From assembly GCA_965249325.1 (NCBI GenBank), contig CBDFLP010000019.1, forward strand, positions 24,950-88,949: a DNA stretch of 64,000 nucleotides, in the 5' to 3' direction. Both the position numbers and the translations under genes were made by a program. Below, in pieces: positions 17,701-27,364 of the stretch. The notes under the pieces were generated by a model. That model was not told where the DNA came from and ran no database searches. It saw nothing but the letters and a program-made list of their open reading frames with translations. The stretch's first letter is position 1. The number at the start of each line of letters is the position of its first letter. Source of the stretch: Dehalococcoidia bacterium (GTDB taxonomy: Bacteria; Chloroflexota; Dehalococcoidia; Lucifugimonadales; Australimonadaceae).

Positions 17701-19205
17701 CGCGCCGCTTTGAACGGCGATCCGACCGCGACCAGAAATGTGACAGCCGAACCGGGTTCGGCGCCGAGCGCTTCCACAACCTCATCGTCATAGAACGTCA
17801 GCCCGGTCGCGCCGAGACCCAGCGCGTACGCCGCCAAGTACACCCGGCCAGCCCTGATGCTGGCATCGAGGTGGGCTGTCCTATATCCGCGCGCGCCGAG
17901 CCTGCCAAGGACAGCCGGCATGTCCGCGATGAAGTAGAGGTCTGCCGCGGCGTCTCCTCCCAGCGGCTGGTCCAGCGCTAGGTGCTGGGCCAACGCCCGC
18001 GTTTCAGGTCCCCTGACCATCTCCAAGGCGCCCAGCGACGGCCGATAGCGGTAGATGCCTTGCTCAAGGCCCCCGACCGCGTTGGCAATCACGTACAAGT
18101 CGTTCAGCCCCTCGTCCGCGCTGGTCCCGTCCAGCTCTGTCGGGCGCGCCGCGGCGTCGATCATCGTGGCGAGCGCTGAGAAAGGAATGGCGTCTGTAGC
18201 GAACCTGCGCGATGAGCCGCGACTGACGATGACGTCCTCCAACGTTCTCGTGATGCGCTCCCTCTCACGAAGCGAAACGACGCTCCCTCCCAGCGGGGCA
18301 GGCGCCTCTGTTGGCATTGGCGCAGGCCACACCGGCATTGGGCCGCCGAGCACAGTCGCCGTGTGCGCCTCTCGAATCAATGGGTAGTCGATGGACTTCC
18401 GAGACAACGAAACGACCGGAATGTCGGTTCGCGCCGGGGCTCCGACGGGCGGTACGTCACGCCCGACGCCCAGGGGCAGCAGCGCCACCGACGCCTCCGT
18501 AATGCCGTCGACGTCGATGAGGTCGTTTATGACGTCGTCCGCGTACCGAGTGACGACGTCCGTCCGCAGACCGTTGGCCCGCGCCGCCGCCGCGCTGTTG
18601 GCGAGGATCGTCCCGCAGTCCCAAAAGGAGTGGCGGTAGGTCCTGCTTCCGTATTTCCACGAGTTGCGCCAGAACGTGGACGTGTAGGCCACAACGGCAG
18701 CCGGGGGGCTCCCGAGGCCAGCGGCCTGCATGGCTGCCCCCCGGAAGTCGCCGTCGCGGACTCGTCGCAGGGTGTTGTCATGCGCTCCATAGTGGTAGAC
18801 GCCGGCGGACAGGTCGGCCAGCGGCCCGGCGATGACGTACAGCTCGATGTGATAGAGAGCGCCGGTGCAGGCAGCGGCGCGGAAGTACATATAGCCGCCG
18901 CCCGCCCGCAGCCGCTTCGTGATCCCGGCGGACAGCTGCAGGACACTCGCGAGGTTCGCTTTCGTCAGCTCGGCTTCACCGGCAACCGTACCTGCGCCGA
19001 GAAGCGCCTCGTGGGCCGACACGCCAGTCCGCGCCAGCTGCGACGGCAGCGGCGTCTCGGGAAGTGGGGTCTCGTAGAGCTTCCACGGGTGGGGCATGGT
19101 CGTGTAGTCGAGCATGTGCGCCCCGCGTCGAACGCTTTCCACAGAGTGCTTGGTGGCCTCGTGATACGCGAGGACTGCATCGACTTCGGAGCGGTTCTGC
19201 GTCAC
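17697..19205 (-). CDS. SagB-type dehydrogenase / double nitroreductase-fold protein
   Basis: 502 aa. N-terminal AYHEATKHS signature, two nitroreductase-like halves, 4-nt tail overlap with 16606..17700. Confidence 0.55.
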   Translation of the reverse strand: MTQNRSEVDAVLAYHEATKHSVESVRRGAHMLDYTTMPHPWKLYETPLPETPLPSQLARTGVSAHEALLGAGTVAGEAELTKANLASVLQLSAGITKRLRAGGGYMYFRAAACTGALYHIELYVIAGPLADLSAGVYHYGAHDNTLRRVRDGDFRGAAMQAAGLGSPPAAVVAYTSTFWRNSWKYGSRTYRHSFWDCGTILANSAAAARANGLRTDVVTRYADDVINDLIDVDGITEASVALLPLGVGRDVPPVGAPARTDIPVVSLSRKSIDYPLIREAHTATVLGGPMPVWPAPMPTEAPAPLGGSVVSLRERERITRTLEDVIVSRGSSRRFATDAIPFSALATMIDAAARPTELDGTSADEGLNDLYVIANAVGGLEQGIYRYRPSLGALEMVRGPETRALAQHLALDQPLGGDAAADLYFIADMPAVLGRLGARGYRTAHLDASIRAGRVYLAAYALGLGATGLTFYDDEVVEALGAEPGSAVTFLVAVGSPFKAAR

Positions 19206-19216
19206 CGGACCACCCG

Positions 19217-20098
19217 TTAGTGAACGACCGCGGCCTCGTAGCTGAGGGCGCCTGCCTGATCAGCTGGAAAGAGGCCGTGCAGCATCATCCAACGGTGAGT
19301 CCGCTCGAATACCTCCGGGGTATACGGTTCGAACACGAGCCGCTCCCCAATCCCGCATCGCCGAATATCCAGCATGGAGTGGTACTTCTCCGGAAGCTCG
19401 TCTAGCAAGTAGTGCTTGTACCGCTCAGGCTCGACATCGATGTCGCGCTGGGCCCGTCGCAGAGCGCGAAAGTACTTCGCGGCATCCTCGTCCGTTGCAG
19501 TGTCCTGGCCCAGGAATCCGATCATGAACGAGGTGTCGACCACCTTTCTGAACCCCTGCTGCTCGAGGACATAGACCGGCGTGCCGAATACGTTGGCCGC
19601 CTCGACACGCCGGTCCAGCATCAGCTGCAGCCTGTCCAGCGCGCCGCCTACGAACTGTAGCTCCACGTGCTCGGGACCCAGCAGCGGTTCGAGCGCTTGG
19701 AGTGCTGAGAAGTGACTGCCCGAGTGATAGCCAACCGCGACTGGGACATCGGCAAGGTGCTCTGGAGCCGTAATCAAAGACTCGGCCGGTGCCCACACGT
19801 CGGCCGGCGTGACGGAGTAGGCATGGCCCCACATGCGGCCATGGTGAGCGCTGGCGGCCATGCCGACCGCCCAATGACACGCGGAGCTCACGTCGCAGGC
19901 CCGGCCCGCTTCCATCGACTCGAACGCGCCGCGCTTCACTTCCGCCGGCGCAACCTCCGTCGAATTGACGGACGGGTTCCGCGACCCCTCGTTCGAGGGT
20001 CTGAACTCGTAGTCCAAACCCTCGGCGGTGAAATAGCCGTTCTCTTCGGCCACCCACTCCTGAAGCCGGGAATGGGGCTGAATGATGAATGTTCCCAT
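19217..20098 (-). CDS. NMT1/THI5-like (periplasmic-binding-protein fold) cytoplasmic protein
   Basis: 293 aa with no signal peptide. Sits 11 nt downstream of the SagB-type gene on the same strand. Family assignment by eye, weak. Confidence 0.4.
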   Translation of the reverse strand: MGTFIIQPHSRLQEWVAEENGYFTAEGLDYEFRPSNEGSRNPSVNSTEVAPAEVKRGAFESMEAGRACDVSSACHWAVGMAASAHHGRMWGHAYSVTPADVWAPAESLITAPEHLADVPVAVGYHSGSHFSALQALEPLLGPEHVELQFVGGALDRLQLMLDRRVEAANVFGTPVYVLEQQGFRKVVDTSFMIGFLGQDTATDEDAAKYFRALRRAQRDIDVEPERYKHYLLDELPEKYHSMLDIRRCGIGERLVFEPYTPEVFERTHRWMMLHGLFPADQAGALSYEAAVVH

Positions 20099-20277
20099 AG
20101 CGGCGCCTCTCAGTCTGGTCCGGCTCTACTTGCGACGCCCATGCTACGACTGGCCAGGTGCGCCCGCAACGAGGACGTCACCCAACCGGCCATGGGCGAC
20201 CATCTTGCCAAAGGCGCATTCGGTCAGCCACCTCAAGACCGTTGCAGGGCAGTGGGCCGTCAGTCCTGCGACTGCGC

Positions 20278-20380
20278 GGTTGTCTCGTCCTTTGGCATCC
20301 GGTAAACCGACGCGAGGCTCGGTGAAGATGTAGGTGGGGTTGTCCGCGTCGTTGCCCAGCTTGCGGCCAAGGTTCCAACT
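20278..20380 (-). pseudogene. Remnant of an OmpR-type response regulator C-terminus
   Basis: Minus strand reads LGRKLGNDADNPTYIFTEPRVG and then, in another frame, YRMPKDETT. This matches the winged-helix tail LRxKL..P.YI.T.RGvGYR. Confidence 0.35.
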
Positions 20381-20406
20381 ACGGTGCGCAGCGGCCGCAG
20401 GTAGGC

Positions 20407-20757
20407 CTAACGGTGTGACAGTATGTTGATGAGCTTACCGTAAGGGTCACGGACGTAGAACCGGCGAACGCCCCAGGGTTCGTCCTTCAGAGAATAGACG
20501 ATCTCGAATCCGGCAGTACGCATTCGGCGATATGCCGTATCGACATCGTCAACTTCGATTGAGAGGTCCGGGACCTCCGTTCCGGATCCTCCTTCGGTGG
20601 CGATGCTGATCTGCACCGGGGCGTTCGTGCCGGAGGAGAGAGTCATGATCCATCCGAGGTCCATCACGACCTCAAGGCCCAAGACATCCCAACAAAACCC
20701 CCGTGCGTCCTCGATTCGGTCCACGGCGATGTTTGGAACAACGCGTTTAATCTCCAT
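20407..20757 (-). CDS. VOC/glyoxalase-family protein
   Basis: Start MEIKRVVPNIAV preceded by GGAGG-5 nt. Ends PWGVRRFYVRDPYGKLINIL. Confidence 0.7.
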   Translation of the reverse strand: MEIKRVVPNIAVDRIEDARGFCWDVLGLEVVMDLGWIMTLSSGTNAPVQISIATEGGSGTEVPDLSIEVDDVDTAYRRMRTAGFEIVYSLKDEPWGVRRFYVRDPYGKLINILSHR

Positions 20758-20892
20758 TTCGTCCTCCATGCGGAATTGTGGCTGGGCCTGAAGGCTCACC
20801 AAGGTCAGCCGGGACGATGGAGCGGTGGTATGCCGCAGCAAACTCCGGTGCGGTAATTGCCCTACAGAGGGGCTCTGCATGTGTCTTACGAA

Positions 20893-20969
20893 TGGTGGGC
20901 CACCCTGGAATCGAACCAGGGACCTCAGTCTTATCAGGACTGCGCTCTAACCGACTGAGCTAGTGGCCC
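20893..20969 (-). tRNA. tRNA-Ile (anticodon GAU), intact
   Basis: Reverse complement reads GGGCCACTAGCTCAGTCGGTTAGAGCGCAGTCCTGATAAGACTGAGGTCCCTGGTTCGATTCCAGGGTGGCCCACCA. Confidence 0.9.
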
Positions 20970-21050
20970 ACATGACTCCCTGATTCTACAGGTTCAAGCA
21001 CTCGTTGTCCTTGGCTTTCGATAACAGCCTCCTTCGATGGCCGGCTTCAC

Positions 21051-21356
21051 CTAGAGCAACCGACCTTGGAGACCGTCCCCTATCGCGGCGAGCGGCGAAT
21101 AACGCCTGTGCTGGTCGAGGGCGCGCCGCCGGTCGAACGGGCGGTAGACCCTCAGCATCGCCCGGCGAGGTCCATCCCATGAGGCTCTGCAGCAGCGACT
21201 CGTCGCCAGCCCACAACCGAACGAATGTGTGCCTGAGCGTGTGAGCGCTGGCCCGCTTGCCCCCGATACCTGCCCGCCGAAACGCGGCCCGCACAGCCTG
21301 CCCGGCACCTCCAGGGGTGCGCCACGGCCAGGGGAGCACGCGCAGGACCTCAGTCT
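21051..21356 (-). pseudogene. Tyrosine recombinase (integrase) remnant, C-terminal ~100 codons only, frameshifted
   Basis: GKRASAHTLRHTFVRLWAGDESLLQSLMGWTSP in one frame and AMLRVYRPFD in the next. No N-terminal or box I region upstream. Confidence 0.6.
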
Positions 21357-22498
21357 CTACCACGGGCGCGAGTCGGGCGCAGGGATGAACAGGACGCCGT
21401 CGCTGCCGTTGTCGATCTCCTGGATCGCGTTGCCGGTGAGCTTGAGCAGGCGTCCGTTGCCCTGGTCGACGTACATGACGTTCCGCTCGGCGTCGTAGTG
21501 GGCGAACCGGTGCACCTGGACCTGCTCCCCTCGCAGGTGGGCCTCGACCTTGGCCTGCTGGATGACGAACTTGTGCCGGTGGTCCTTGGAGCTCAACCGG
21601 TAGCGGTCCGCGAGGAGGACGTCCATGTCGAAGCTGTCGACCTCGCATATCTGTTTGGTGTCGGCGTCGAAGAAGAAGTACCGGTTGTCCGCACAGATCA
21701 GCCGCCCGTGCTGGAGCAGGCCCCGCTCCACCATCTTGACCGCCAGGTCGTGGTGGGCGTTCCGCTCCGCCAGCTCGACGGTATGTCCCTGGTCCAGCCA
21801 GTCGGATACGTCGCCCTTCGGCGGGAGTCCGGGCAGCTCGAGCAGCTTGACCGACAGCGCCACCGGCCGCACCGACCCGCACACGTGTGAGCGTGCGCCA
21901 TCCCCGGCTTGTCATTGTCCGGAATGACGACGGCGCGCCGGTCACGGAAGAACCGCGCGTAGCCGAGCTTCCACCTGCCGGCCCCCTGGGGGTTCGTCGT
22001 CGCCGTGAGCCCGAGGGAGCGGAGACGGTCGACGTCCTTCTCCCCCTCGACGACGTACACCGGGCGGGCGGGGTCGGACGCCAGGAGCTCCGGCAGCCGG
22101 TAGGGGACCCGCCGGACGCGGTCCAAGCGCCACTCCCACTCGCCGGGCCGTGAGGGATGCGGCTTGCGCTGCCGTATCTCTTTCCCCGCGAACCGGACCA
22201 CCTGGAACAGGAGCGCGCCGGACTCGTCACGGTAGTCGTAGGCAGCATCGATGTCGATGGCGCGCGAGGTCCTGGTGGGAGCAGGGGCAGCGAGGCCGAA
22301 CAGTTCCGCGAGCTCCTTGAGGGACCATGCCTTGTCCTCGGCGTGGCAGTAGGCGTTGCCTTCCGGCCAGACCGTCATGGACGCTTTCTCATCGTCATGG
22401 AACGGACACCGCGTCGGCGAACCGCTGCTCCGCGGAGGCTTGGTCAGCCCGATCCGGTCGAAGACTAGGTCACGCAGGTGGGCTGGGGACTGGGTCAT
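21357..22498 (-). pseudogene. DNA primase (CHC2 zinc finger + Toprim), frameshifted near 21885..21900 and C-terminally truncated
   Basis: CPFHDDEKASMTV, VYVVEGEKDVDRL and VVIPDNDKPG in frame A. VKLLELPGLPPKGDVSDWLDQG continues in frame B. Confidence 0.65.
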
Positions 22499-22683
22499 GG
22501 CGCCGCCTGCTCCTGGGCCTGCAGCCAGTCGATCTCGTCGGCGAGGGCGGCTACGAGGTGCTTAAGGAAGGCGGTGTAGCCCGGGTCCCGGCGCGAGTTC
22601 TCGATGACCGAGCCCACCTCCTCGCGCGTGAGGCCCGTTGTGACTTCGAGGCGTTCATAGGTGCTGGCGCGTAGGACGGTCAT
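22495..22683 (-). CDS. Island small protein (62 aa)
   Basis: MTVLRASTYERLEVTTGLTREEV... Its ATG overlaps the stop of the upstream 40-aa ORF, and its stop overlaps the primase ATG (ATGA in both cases). Confidence 0.5.
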   Translation of the reverse strand: MTVLRASTYERLEVTTGLTREEVGSVIENSRRDPGYTAFLKHLVAALADEIDWLQAQEQAAP

Positions 22684-22802
22684 GCCGCAACTCCCCGGTG
22701 GTCCCGCCGGAAATGGACCGCCCAGTAATTGGCGGGGACCGGCATCTTGCATCGAGGACACCAGTCGGTACGCGTGTCGATGGGTCGCCATACGAGGGGC
22801 AT
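22680..22802 (-). CDS. Island small zinc-ribbon-like protein (40 aa, below the track cutoff)
   Basis: MPLVWRPIDTRTDWCPRCKMPVPANYWAVHFRRDHRGVAA. GGAGG lies 8 nt upstream, and there is an ATGA overlap with the next gene. Confidence 0.4.
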   Translation of the reverse strand: MPLVWRPIDTRTDWCPRCKMPVPANYWAVHFRRDHRGVAA

Positions 22803-22814
22803 GACCTGGACCTC

Positions 22815-23018
22815 CTACTTGATTTCGAGCTGGCGCGTGCGGGCGAACGCCTCCAGCTCGTCGAGGATCTGGGCCATTCCTTCCTTCTTCTTGCCCGCGC
22901 GCTCGCGCGGGGTCTGGATGCTCTTGGCCTGGATGAACCAGAGCACATCGCCCGCGCTCAAACCGTGCAACCCTTGGTCCCCGGCGAGCTCGTCCGAATC
23001 AGCTTGGCCGCGTTCCAT
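22815..23018 (-). CDS. Island hypothetical protein (67 aa)
   Basis: GGGAGGAG ribosome site 7 nt upstream of the ATG. Protein-like sequence. Confidence 0.5.
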   Translation of the reverse strand: MERGQADSDELAGDQGLHGLSAGDVLWFIQAKSIQTPRERAGKKKEGMAQILDELEAFARTRQLEIK

Positions 23019-23039
23019 AGTCCGTCTCCTCCCTACCAG

Positions 23040-23453
23040 TTACTCGCCATGCTCCTGGCCGTCCCAGCCGACATGGGTCGGGAACTCTGAGGGTTCTCGT
23101 CTGGCGGCTTCCTGAAGGAATGCATCGAGCTTGTCCCGTGAGGACGGCTGCCAACGGGGATGGGTGAACTGCGCCCGGTCCCAATCAAAATCGAAATACA
23201 CGCGGTCCCAGGTATCGCGGCAGCGGAAGCGGCCCTGCGGGTAGTGCTCGTACCAGACCAGCTTGTGAGGGGAGATGCGGTACAGGCGGCAGACCGCAGT
23301 CGCCAGGCCCTCCGCCATGTTGGTGACGCTCGTGCCGGGGTTGTCGTCGACCTCGGTAGCGACCACGACGGTGCATACGTCCGAGACCTCGGCGATCTCG
23401 ACATCGCACCACGGCTCGCAGCCTCTGAAACCGTTGAAGTGGAAGCGGCTCAT
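23040..23453 (-). CDS. Island hypothetical protein (137 aa)
   Basis: ATGA overlap with the upstream gene. Trp/Phe-rich, globular-looking sequence. Confidence 0.55.
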   Translation of the reverse strand: MSRFHFNGFRGCEPWCDVEIAEVSDVCTVVVATEVDDNPGTSVTNMAEGLATAVCRLYRISPHKLVWYEHYPQGRFRCRDTWDRVYFDFDWDRAQFTHPRWQPSSRDKLDAFLQEAARREPSEFPTHVGWDGQEHGE

Positions 23454-23686
23454 GCGCCCGCTGTCCTTCCTTCCCGCCGCATCCCCCGGAGGTTGAGCTC
23501 CTCCCTGACGTAAGGCTGGGCAGCCTCGCCGACGAACTCCTGCAGGTGGGGCTTCGTTATGAGCAAGGAGACCGCTGCGAGCTCCTCGTCAGTCAGCGGC
23601 CGAAGGCGTTTCAGCCATGCGGTCCGCCGCTTCGACTCAGCAGCCTGCTCGCGTTCCGTCCGTCTCCGGAGTGCGTCCGGCATCAT
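23450..23686 (-). CDS. Island hypothetical protein (78 aa)
   Basis: MMPDALRRRTEREQAAESKRRTAWLKRL... ATGA overlaps at both ends. This is the C-terminal part of the listed ORF 23450..24148. Confidence 0.5.
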   Translation of the reverse strand: MMPDALRRRTEREQAAESKRRTAWLKRLRPLTDEELAAVSLLITKPHLQEFVGEAAQPYVREELNLRGMRREGRTAGA

Positions 23687-24071
23687 TCCCCCTCCCCATC
23701 GCCGGCGAGCCCATCCCCAACGGCCCGGCGCTGGAACGGGATGATCCCCTGTTCCCGGCGCTTCTCCGCGGCGCGCTGCGCCCGTTCGCTCCGGCTGCGC
23801 TTCAGGATGGAGGCGCGATGCGCGTAGAGGGCCTCCATCACCTTCGTCGGGAGGTAGAGGCGGACCGTCCCCTCGGGCGTTATCGCGTCGATGAAGCCGT
23901 GCCAGCCGTCTTCCGTCCGGCAGGTCTCCACGACGAAGGTGGAGACTGCGTTGACGATAGGCACGACCTGCTTGATCGTGCTCTGGCTCCGGGTAAGCCC
24001 GGCAGGCCGTCGATGGAGCCTCGTACGCGGTCCATGAGCGGTTGGCGGTCGATGACGTACTGGTCAGGCAT
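23683..24071 (-). CDS. Island hypothetical protein, possibly frameshifted near 24000
   Basis: MPDQYVIDRQPLMDRVRGSIDGLPGL (from 24071) continues best as TRSQSTIKQVVPIVNAVSTFVVE.. in the frame of ORF 23683..23964. Alternatively a 93-aa product from GTG 23964. Confidence 0.4.
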
Positions 24072-24146
24072 GGCGTTCCCCCACGTGAGGCTTGGTAGCG
24101 CCTCGCCAGGGAACGTCCCGGCGCCTGAGGGTGCCGCGCCTCAGAC

Positions 24147-24177
24147 AAAAAAGTAGGCGCCCCCGACGAGGCGCCTA
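24147..24177 (-). terminator. Intrinsic terminator inside the island
   Basis: Minus strand reads TAGGCGCC-TCGTCGGG-GGCGCCTA followed by CTTTTTTG. Confidence 0.55.
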
Positions 24178-24204
24178 TAGTATTTTACTAGGTCTAGTAG
24201 ATTG

Positions 24205-24585
24205 TCAACAGGTGGTCAATGGCCTCTTGGGCCGTCCTGGCTTCACGCCCTTCGCCACCTCGCGCGCGACATCGCGGTCGTCGACCAGGACCGCCCCGCC
24301 AACCTCCGCGATTATCTTGACAGTGCCGTACTTCCGCGCCCACAACCAGACCGTGCGCATAGCAACGCCATGCTTCTTGGCGGCACCGGCCATGGAGATT
24401 GGCTCAGCGCCGTCAGGCCAAGCGCCGTTTGTCGTCTCGGGTTCGGCCATCGTCCCAGATTCTGAGATCGCCTGGGTTGCCATGATTTCGCTTTCCAGTT
24501 CTGCAACACGCTTGCGCAGGGCTGCGAGTTCAATCTCCTTGCGGAGTGACTCACTCTCTGCTACTGCCACTGACGTTTTGGTCAT
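24205..24585 (-). CDS. HTH DNA-binding protein (excisionase/MerR-like) with N-terminal coiled coil
   Basis: GGGAGG ribosome site. ISMAGAAKKHGVAMRTVWLWARKYG helix-turn-helix. Starts 26 nt from the partial tRNA copy. Confidence 0.55.
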   Translation of the reverse strand: MTKTSVAVAESESLRKEIELAALRKRVAELESEIMATQAISESGTMAEPETTNGAWPDGAEPISMAGAAKKHGVAMRTVWLWARKYGTVKIIAEVGGAVLVDDRDVAREVAKGVKPGRPKRPLTTC

Positions 24586-24611
24586 GTGGGCCTCCCAAGG
24601 TGCGCGGGTGG

Positions 24612-24668
24612 ACCAGGGACCTCAGTCTTATCAGGACTGCGCCCTAACCGACTGAGCTAGTGGCCCAC
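24612..24668 (-). repeat. Partial tRNA-Ile copy (positions 1-55 plus 2 nt of 5' flank), island junction
   Basis: 56/57 identical to 20915..20971. The mismatch 24643 C versus 20946 T falls in the D-stem. It diverges from the tRNA inside the T-arm. Confidence 0.85.
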
Positions 24669-24805
24669 GCCATGCGACTCTCAGTATAGACCAACCGCCA
24701 AGCCCATAGCAGACCGCCGCTCTTCCGAGGAGGTGGTGGCGCGAGGCCGGCGGGCCCTCTAAAAGGCGAGAGGCCAGCAGCGGGGCTGGCCTCTCGGGCA
24801 GGGCG

Positions 24806-24833
24806 CCTTAACCGGTGAATAGTGGAAGGAAAG
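24806..24833 (-). other. 16S processing-stem, 3' strand
   Basis: CCTTAACCGGTGAATAGTGGAAGGAAAG is the reverse complement (27/28) of 26556..26583, which flanks the other side of the 16S. Confidence 0.7.
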
Positions 24834-24977
24834 ACTTTTTGTTTGTTTGCCGTCAGGCCCTCGTGAGAGGGATTGAGGCCGCCGTTGCCGAGACGAGGGA
24901 GCAGAACTCTACCAATCGTCCAGCGCGGGCCGGTCTCCCTGAACGGACCGACCTAGGATTCCCCGAAGGGAGCTCCC

Positions 24978-26484
<1,507 letters not shown>

Positions 26485-26555
26485 TTTTTGGGTCTCAAGA
26501 GACCCATTTTGTCAGATTGACAAAGGGTTGCATGCCCCTAAGGGGCACGCAGGCG

Positions 26556-26583
26556 CTTTCCTTCCACTATTCACCTGTTAAGG
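26556..26583 (-). other. 16S processing-stem, 5' strand
   Basis: Complementary to 24806..24833. Lies between the candidate promoter and the mature 5' end. Confidence 0.7.
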
Positions 26584-26616
26584 AGCGACTCAATCCCCCC
26601 GGAGGGGAACCTAACC

Positions 26617-26645
26617 AGAATAACGGGGCCTAGGCCGTGCGTCAA
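26617..26645 (-). promoter_or_regulatory. Candidate rRNA promoter (TTGACG-17 nt-TATTCT)
   Basis: Minus strand reads GGGGGTTGACGcacggcctaggccccgtTATTCTGG, directly downstream of the tmk stop and ~35 nt upstream of the leader stem. Confidence 0.45.
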
Positions 26646-26654
26646 CCCCCGTCC

Positions 26655-27320
26655 CTACGGCAATAGGGACTGCACGCGCTCATACACTTGAGCGTGGACG
26701 TGGTCTACAGGCTGCCCGGCGTCGAGCACTACCCAACGCTCAGGCTCGGCCTTCGCCAGCTTCAGATAGCCGTCACGCACCTTCTGGTGGAACGACGTTC
26801 CGAGCTCTTCGAAGCGCCGCTTCGCGTCGTCTGCGCGCGGGACGGGGTCCACGCGCGCCTCCTCGTCGAACGACATCTGAACCCTCACGCGGCGCAAGCC
26901 GGTGTCCTCCGGCGTGTCGAGGAGGAAGGTCAGATCAGGCCATGTGTCTCCCGTCGCGATGGCGTTGGCCGCCTGCACCTGGTCGAGGGGGAGTCCGCGC
27001 GCGTATCCCTGGTACACCGTTGTGGAGTCGGCATAGCGGTCTGAGATAACGACTGCTCCTTGGGCGAGCCAGGGCGCAATTACCTCCCGAACGAGCTGGG
27101 CGCGCGCCGCGGCAAACAGCAGCAGCTCCGCTTCCAGCGTCATGCGTGAGGTGGACGCCTTCACCCAACTGCGGATGTACTCCCCCAACGGAGTGCCGCC
27201 CGGCTCATGCACACGCACAACGCGATGTCCATCGGCTTCCAGACGCGCCGCCAGCAACTCTGCCTGGGTGGTCTTACCCGCCCCCTCGCCGCCTTCGAAC
27301 GTTATGAACAGCCCGCTCAA
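26655..27320 (-). CDS. tmk: dTMP (thymidylate) kinase
   Basis: FITFEGGEGAGKTTQ P-loop, DRYADST, 221 aa. Confidence 0.9.
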   Translation of the reverse strand: MSGLFITFEGGEGAGKTTQAELLAARLEADGHRVVRVHEPGGTPLGEYIRSWVKASTSRMTLEAELLLFAAARAQLVREVIAPWLAQGAVVISDRYADSTTVYQGYARGLPLDQVQAANAIATGDTWPDLTFLLDTPEDTGLRRVRVQMSFDEEARVDPVPRADDAKRRFEELGTSFHQKVRDGYLKLAKAEPERWVVLDAGQPVDHVHAQVYERVQSLLP

Positions 27321-27364
27321 GCCCGCCTCCCGCCGACCGTGGATACTCGCATGTGACTCGCCTG

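Larger units (their letters stand above)
20970..24611 (-). mobile_element. Decayed integrative island bracketed by tRNA-Ile and a 57-bp copy of its 5' part
   Basis: Direct repeats 20915..20971 and 24612..24668 (56/57 identical). The interior carries an integrase remnant, a broken primase, an HTH/Xis-like gene and small coupled ORFs, all on the minus strand. Confidence 0.75.

Noticed and set aside
20099-20230. TPP riboswitch upstream of the THI5-like gene (CTGAGA box)
   Set aside because: The CTGAGAGG abuts the ATG and is better explained as the ribosome site. The other conserved TPP elements (ACCTGATCTGGATAATGCCAGCG-type) are absent.
22684-22791. N-terminal extension (MATHRHAYRLV..) of the 98-aa island ORF
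   Set aside because: A 40-aa zinc-ribbon-like ORF in another frame has a GGAGG site and an ATGA coupling to MTVLRAS. The extension has no ribosome site and a low-complexity sequence.
24182-24208. Island-internal promoter TTGACA..TAAAAT on the minus strand
   Set aside because: The spacer is only 15 nt. The -35 overlaps the Xis-like stop codon, and a terminator follows immediately. Support is too weak to call.
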